The notes under the pieces: model-generated
What the model saw: the letters and a program-made list of their open reading frames with translations, nothing else
Database searches by the model: none
What the model was told of the DNA's origin: nothing
DNA from: Burkholderiaceae bacterium
GTDB taxonomy: Bacteria > Pseudomonadota > Gammaproteobacteria > Burkholderiales > Burkholderiaceae_F
Reading direction: 5' to 3'
Assembly: GCA_035524275.1 (NCBI GenBank)
Contig: DATKPC010000103.1
Location: 1-55,229, forward strand
DNA: 55,229 bases
Shown here: positions 50,710 to 55,229 of the stretch, in pieces
Position numbering within the stretch: the stretch's first letter is position 1
Layout: each line of letters opens with the position of its first letter
Position numbers and translations under genes: made by a program

Positions 50710-51709
50710 GCCGGATCCGCGGATTGATGACGCCGTAGAGCGCGTCGACGAGCAGGTTGACGCCGACGACGAGCGACGCGATCAGCAGCAGCCCGCCCTG
50801 GACGACCGGGTAGTCGCGCGACTGGACCCCGTGGATCAGCCAGTTCCCGATCCCCGGCCAGGAAAAGATCGTCTCGGTCAGGATCGCCCCCGACAGCAGC
50901 AGCCCGACCTGCAGCCCGATGACGGTGACGACCGGGATCAGCGCATTGCGCAGCGCATGGACGAGGATCACGCGCCGCATCGGCAGCCCCTTGGCGCGCG
51001 CGGTGCGCACGTAGTCCTCGCGCAGCACCTCGAGCATCGACGAGCGCGTCATCCGCGCGATGACGGCGAGCGGAACCGTGCCCAGCACGATCGACGGCAG
51101 CACCAGGTGCGAGGCCGCGGACCGCAGCGCGCCCGGAGCGTCGGAACGCCACGCGTCGAGCAGCATCAGGCCGGTCGCCGCGGGCACGTCGTACTGCACC
51201 GCGATGCGCCCGGAGACCGGCGTCCAGCCCAGGTCCACCGAGAAGAACAGGATCAGCAGCAGCGCCCACCAGAAGATCGGCATCGAGTAGCCGGCGAGCG
51301 AGGCGCCCATCACGAGATAGTCGGCCATCCGGTTGCGGTTCAAGGCCGCGATGATGCCGGCCGGCAGCCCGACGGCGACCGCGACCAGCATCGCGAACAG
51401 CGCCAGTTCGAGCGTCGCCGGGAACAGCGCGAGGAACTCGTCGAGCACCGGCTGGTGCGTCGTGAGCGAGGTGCCCAGGTCGCCGCGGAGCACCTGGACG
51501 ACGTAGCTCGCGTATTGCGCCGGCAGCGGCCGGTCGAGGCCGAACTCGTGCAGCAGGCGCTCGCGGCGTGCCGGATCCATCCCGCGTTCCCCGGACAGGT
51601 TCTCGACCGGATCGCCCGGGATCAGGTGGATCAGCGAGAACGCGACGAGCGTGATCCCAATGAACGTCGGCACGACGAGCGCGAGGCGCCGCAACAGGAA
51701 CCGGAGCAT
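50702..51709 (-). CDS. dppB: ABC transporter permease DppB/OppB-like, 335 aa.
   Basis: MLRFLLRRLALVVPTFIGITLVAFSLIHLIPGDP is the canonical DppB N-terminus. Confidence 0.88.
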   Translation of the reverse strand: MLRFLLRRLALVVPTFIGITLVAFSLIHLIPGDPVENLSGERGMDPARRERLLHEFGLDRPLPAQYASYVVQVLRGDLGTSLTTHQPVLDEFLALFPATLELALFAMLVAVAVGLPAGIIAALNRNRMADYLVMGASLAGYSMPIFWWALLLILFFSVDLGWTPVSGRIAVQYDVPAATGLMLLDAWRSDAPGALRSAASHLVLPSIVLGTVPLAVIARMTRSSMLEVLREDYVRTARAKGLPMRRVILVHALRNALIPVVTVIGLQVGLLLSGAILTETIFSWPGIGNWLIHGVQSRDYPVVQGGLLLIASLVVGVNLLVDALYGVINPRIRHV

Positions 51710-51722
51710 CGGGCGCCGCGCG

Positions 51723-53339
51723 CTACTTCAGGTCGACGCCGGAGAAGTCGTGCTTCGCCGTGACGTCCATCTTGTAGCCGACGACCTCGTTGCGGATCGG
51801 CTCGAAGCGGACCGAGTGCGCGATCGGGATCCACGGCGCCTCGTCATGGAAGACCTGCTGTGCGCGCTCGTAGAGCCTGGCGCGCTCGGCCTGCTGCGGC
51901 AGCGTCGCGGCGCGCGTGATGAGGTCGTTGAATTCCTTGTTGCACCAGCGCGAGGAATTGCCGCCACCCTTCACCGCATCGCAGCCCAGCAGCGGCATGA
52001 AGAAGTTGTCCGGGTCGCCGTTGTCGCCGGACCACCCGTACATCAGGATCGCATGCTCGCCGTTCTTCGCCCGCTTGCTGTATTCGGCCCATTCGTAGGT
52101 CACGAGCCGGGCCTTGACGCCGATCTTCGCCCAGTCGGCCTGGATCATCTCCGCCATCCGCTTGCCGTCGGGGTTGTACGGCCGCGTCACCGGGAGGTAC
52201 CACAGGTCGACGTCGAAGCCGTTCGGCAGCCCCGCCTGTGCCAGCAGCGCGCGAGCGCGCTGCGGATCGTGCGGATAGTCGCTGACCTGGTTCGCGTAGC
52301 CCCACAGGATCGGCGGGATCGGATTCTTCGCCGGCGTGCCGTTGCCCTGGTAGACGGCCTTGATGATCGCGTCCTTGTCGACGGCGAGGTTCAGCGCCTG
52401 GCGCACGAGCTTGTTGTCGAACGGCTTCTTCGTCACGTTGAACGCGATGTAGCCGACGTTCAGGCCTTCCTGCTTCAGCACCGTAAGCGCCGGATCCTTC
52501 TGCATGTCGGCGACATCGGCCGGCTTCGGATAGGCCATCACGTGGCATTCGCCGGTCTTGAGCTTCGCGTAGCGCGCGGTCGCGTCGCGCACGATCGAGT
52601 AGACCAGCGTGTCGATCTTCGGGCGGCCGCCCCAATAGGCGTCGAACGCCTTGTAGCGGATCGTGGCGTCCTTCTGGTAGGAGAGGAACGCGAACGGACC
52701 GGTGCCGATCGGCACATTGTCCGCCGCCTGCGGCTTGCCGCGCGCGAGCATCGTCTCGAAATACTCCTTCGAAAGGATCGACGCGAAATCCATCGCGAGG
52801 TCCGCGAGGAACGGGGCCTGCGGCGACTTCAGCACGAAGCGGACGGTCGCGTCGTCGACCTTCTCGACGCGCTCGACGATGTCCTTCATGCCCATGTCGT
52901 CGTAGTACGCGAACGTCTCGCCGGCCGTGAGCTTGTGGAACGGATGGTTCTCGTCGGCCATCCGCGACCAGCTGAAGACGACGTCGTCGGCGTTGAAGTC
53001 GCGCGTCGGCTTGAAGTCGGCGTTGGCGTGGAACTTGACGCCCGGCCTCAGCTTGAACGTGTAGGTCTTGCCGTCGGCGGAGATCGTCCACGACTGCGCA
53101 AGGCCCGGGACGATCCGCGTCGATCCCAGCTCGAACTGCACGAGGCGGTTGAAGACCGGCACCGACGACGCGTCGAATGTCGTCCCGAGCGAGAAGAACT
53201 GCGGCTGGAAGCCCTGCGGGCTTCCCTCGGAACAGTAGACCAGCGTGCCCTTGGCGGCCGCATGGCCGGCGACGAGGGCGAGGAGCAGCGCGGCGCCGGC
53301 GCGCGCGGCCGGCAGGAAAAATGGGCTTCGGTCGTTCAC
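51723..53339 (-). CDS. dppA: Periplasmic dipeptide/oligopeptide-binding protein (SBP family 5, DppA-like), 538 aa, with a GTG start and a signal peptide.
   Basis: Signal peptide (…FFLPAARAGAALLLALVAGHAAA), then the family-5 SBP sequence. The track ORF is fused to a 460-codon Arg-rich spurious upstream extension. The start is placed at the in-frame GTG preceding the signal peptide. Confidence 0.8.
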   Translation of the reverse strand: MNDRSPFFLPAARAGAALLLALVAGHAAAKGTLVYCSEGSPQGFQPQFFSLGTTFDASSVPVFNRLVQFELGSTRIVPGLAQSWTISADGKTYTFKLRPGVKFHANADFKPTRDFNADDVVFSWSRMADENHPFHKLTAGETFAYYDDMGMKDIVERVEKVDDATVRFVLKSPQAPFLADLAMDFASILSKEYFETMLARGKPQAADNVPIGTGPFAFLSYQKDATIRYKAFDAYWGGRPKIDTLVYSIVRDATARYAKLKTGECHVMAYPKPADVADMQKDPALTVLKQEGLNVGYIAFNVTKKPFDNKLVRQALNLAVDKDAIIKAVYQGNGTPAKNPIPPILWGYANQVSDYPHDPQRARALLAQAGLPNGFDVDLWYLPVTRPYNPDGKRMAEMIQADWAKIGVKARLVTYEWAEYSKRAKNGEHAILMYGWSGDNGDPDNFFMPLLGCDAVKGGGNSSRWCNKEFNDLITRAATLPQQAERARLYERAQQVFHDEAPWIPIAHSVRFEPIRNEVVGYKMDVTAKHDFSGVDLK

Positions 53340-53386
53340 GTCGGGTTCCGTGGTTGCGCGGAACCCGCATCGTAGCGTGCGGCCGC

Positions 53387-54664
53387 CTACGAAGCCGCGG
53401 CCGCCGCGTGTCGCGGATGCGCCTCGCGGATCGGCAGGTTGACGAGCGCCGCGCCGACCGCGAGGAGCATGTCCGCATACCACATGGCATGGTAGTCGCC
53501 GAGGCGCACCAGCGCGATGCCGCCGAGCCAGGCGCCGAAGAACCCGCCGACCTGGTGCGAGAACAGCGTCAGCCCGAAGAGCGTCGCCAGGTAGCGCGTC
53601 CCGAACAGCTTGCCGACGAGGCCCGCCGTCGGCGGCACGGTCGACAGCCAGGAGACGCCGAGCGCGGCGGCAAGGACGTAGAACGTCAGCGCGGTCTTCG
53701 GTGCCGCGAGGTAGAGCGCGATGATGACGGCGCGCGACAGGTAGACCCAGAAGAGGAGCCACTTGAGGCGATGCCGGCTGCCCAGCGAACCGATCCCCAG
53801 GCTGCCGGCGATGTTGGCGAGGCCGACGACCGCGATCGACCCGGCCGCAACGCCCGCATCCAGCCCGCAGAGGCTGACCTCCGTCGGCAGGTGCGTCACG
53901 AGAAAGGCGATGTGGAAGCCGCAGGTGAAGAATCCGGCGTGCAGGCACCAGTAGCTCGGCTCCCGCAGCGCGTCGGCGAGCTGCGCCTTCAGGCCGCGGC
54001 CTGCCCCGGCCTGGCGGGCCGCGTCCCCGGCGGAGCCTGCGGCGGGGAGCCGGGCGGCGCCTTGAAGGCGCCCGGCGAGCGGCAGCGTCGACAGCGCGAT
54101 CGCGGCCATCGCCAGCATCGCGTTGACCCAGCCGGCGGTTGCGATCAGCGCCTGGTTCAGTGGCGCGAAGACGAACTGCCCCATGCTGCCGCCGGCATTG
54201 ATGAACCCGGACGCGAACGCGCGGCGATCCGGCGGCAATTGCTGCGCCGTCGCCCCGATGAGGATCGAGAAGCTGCCGGCCCCGGCCCCCGCGGCAGTCA
54301 GCAGGCCCAGCGTGGCCACGAGGCCGAATTCGCTGCGCACGAACGGCGTCGCGGCGGTCCCGGCCGCCATGATCAGGCCGCCGGCGACAATCACGCGCCG
54401 CGACCCGTAGCGATCGGCCAGTGCGCCGAACACCGGTTGCGACGCGCCCCACATCAGCTGGCCGACGGCCATCGCGAGGCTGATGCCGGCGATCCCGAGC
54501 CCCGTCGCGGTATTGAGCGGCGAGACGTAAAGGCCGAGCGACTGGCGCACGCCCATCGTGACCATCAGGATCGCCGCGGCCGTCAGGAGCAGCGGCCAGG
54601 TGCTGGCCGACACCGGGTTCTCGCGCGCCGGCCCCGTGTTCGCGCGGTGGGTCGTCGAGTTCAT
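53387..54664 (-). CDS. MFS transporter, 425 aa.
   Basis: 12 TM helices with MFS motifs (…GALADRYGSRRV…). The start at MNSTTHRANTGP overlaps the marR stop (ATGA). The track ORF carries a spurious 176-codon upstream extension. Confidence 0.78.
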   Translation of the reverse strand: MNSTTHRANTGPARENPVSASTWPLLLTAAAILMVTMGVRQSLGLYVSPLNTATGLGIAGISLAMAVGQLMWGASQPVFGALADRYGSRRVIVAGGLIMAAGTAATPFVRSEFGLVATLGLLTAAGAGAGSFSILIGATAQQLPPDRRAFASGFINAGGSMGQFVFAPLNQALIATAGWVNAMLAMAAIALSTLPLAGRLQGAARLPAAGSAGDAARQAGAGRGLKAQLADALREPSYWCLHAGFFTCGFHIAFLVTHLPTEVSLCGLDAGVAAGSIAVVGLANIAGSLGIGSLGSRHRLKWLLFWVYLSRAVIIALYLAAPKTALTFYVLAAALGVSWLSTVPPTAGLVGKLFGTRYLATLFGLTLFSHQVGGFFGAWLGGIALVRLGDYHAMWYADMLLAVGAALVNLPIREAHPRHAAAAAS

Positions 54665-55134
54665 CGCGACGCCTGCGCGGCGGCCAGCGGGCGCAGCCGC
54701 TCCAGGTAGATGTCGACGTCGGCATGCAGCCGTGCCACCTGGCTCGTGCCCAGCGTCTGCTCGATCGCGTCCTGCGCCGCGCGCCAGGACGCCCGGGCCA
54801 CGCGCCATTTGGACAGCCCGGCCGCCGTCAGGCGCGCGACGCGATTGCGCCCTTGGGCGCCGGGCACGAGCTCGACCCAGCCGGCATCGACGAGCGGACC
54901 GAGATTCCGCGACAGCGTCGTGCGGTCCATGTCGATCGCGTCGGCGAGCGCCGACAGCGTCGGCGAGGCGAGGCGATGGATCTGCGCCATCAGCGAGTAT
55001 TGCGTCACGCGGAGCCCGCACGGCGCCAGCGCGTGGTCGTAGTGCGCCGTCACCCGGCGCGTCAGGCGCCGCAGCTGGCTGCAGGTGCAACCGTGGCCGC
55101 GAGCGTCGGCGGCGAGGGTCGGGGGGGTCGGCAT
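54661..55134 (-). CDS. MarR-family transcriptional regulator, 157 aa.
   Basis: Winged-helix MarR signature (…LRVTQYSLMAQIHRLASPTLSALADAIDMDRTTLSRNLGPLVDAGWVEL…). It is translationally coupled to the downstream MFS gene. Confidence 0.8.
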   Translation of the reverse strand: MPTPPTLAADARGHGCTCSQLRRLTRRVTAHYDHALAPCGLRVTQYSLMAQIHRLASPTLSALADAIDMDRTTLSRNLGPLVDAGWVELVPGAQGRNRVARLTAAGLSKWRVARASWRAAQDAIEQTLGTSQVARLHADVDIYLERLRPLAAAQASR

Positions 55135-55229
55135 GGCGCGCGGCTCCGGCGATTCGGGATTTTCCGGCCAGTATAGTGCATATGCACGACACGGGCGTCA
55201 GCGCGTGCCTGCGCCGGCCGTCTCCCCCA

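Noticed and set aside
51723-54725. 1000-aa minus-strand ORF covering dppA plus ~460 extra N-terminal codons. Similar long ORFs occur at 51844..53490 and 53177..54709.
   Set aside because: The extension overlaps the MFS transporter gene (a different frame with clear 12-TM MFS architecture) and is Arg/Gly/Asp-rich. dppA begins at the GTG preceding its signal peptide.

Overview
High-GC (~70%) proteobacterial chromosomal window. The gene content (glnK-amtB behind a TorF-type porin gene, opgGH, DUF3443/DUF2844 and DUF3761 proteins) suggests Burkholderiales-like Betaproteobacteria. No rRNA, tRNA, CRISPR array or IS/transposase was seen. Coding density is high, and the ORF track contains many Arg/Ala-rich antisense ORFs that I treat as spurious.

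Gene order:
- amtB (5' end only), glnK and a TorF-family OMP gene on the minus strand
- NADP-malic enzyme maeB
- opgG-opgH on the minus strand
- a CPA-family cation/H+ antiporter gene overlapping a ybdK-type carboxylate-amine ligase gene
- a PAP2 phosphatase gene
- an ALDH7-type (AmaB-like) aldehyde dehydrogenase gene
- a PAS-LytTR one-component regulator gene
- an aerobic Mo-CO-dehydrogenase-type cluster, coxM-S-L-G-D-E plus a mocA-like gene
- a polytopic membrane protein gene, a metallophosphoesterase gene, a hypothetical gene
- a large multi-PAS/GAF sensor histidine kinase gene
- a six-gene minus-strand operon for a group-4 [NiFe]-hydrogenase-like / complex-I-like membrane module, led by a small RHH regulator gene
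- an arginase gene
- a REP-like palindromic element
- DUF3014, secreted creatininase-family and DUF3761 genes with a clear intrinsic terminator
- a soluble MCP-like chemoreceptor gene
- a short low-GC island
- a small PEP-CTERM-like protein gene, then a second REP copy
- flotillin (YqiK-like) and BON-LysM (YgaU/Kbp-like) genes
- a formyltransferase-family gene
- a DUF3443 lipoprotein / DUF2844 gene pair with an upstream palindrome
- a dppABCDF-type peptide ABC transporter operon
- an MFS transporter gene and a MarR regulator gene

The operon encodes NuoL-, NuoH-, HyfE-, NuoN/M-like subunits, a fused NuoC/D-like large subunit and a NuoB-like small subunit. The large subunit has lost 3 of the 4 NiFe-ligating cysteines, while the small subunit keeps its [4Fe-4S] motif. 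This is the signature of the poorly characterised energy-converting hydrogenase-related (Ehr) complexes. It is the most interesting candidate system in the window.

Coordinates are from the ORF track. Starts were chosen by N-terminal homology logic and RBS inspection, with a possible 1-2 nt error from my manual position counting.
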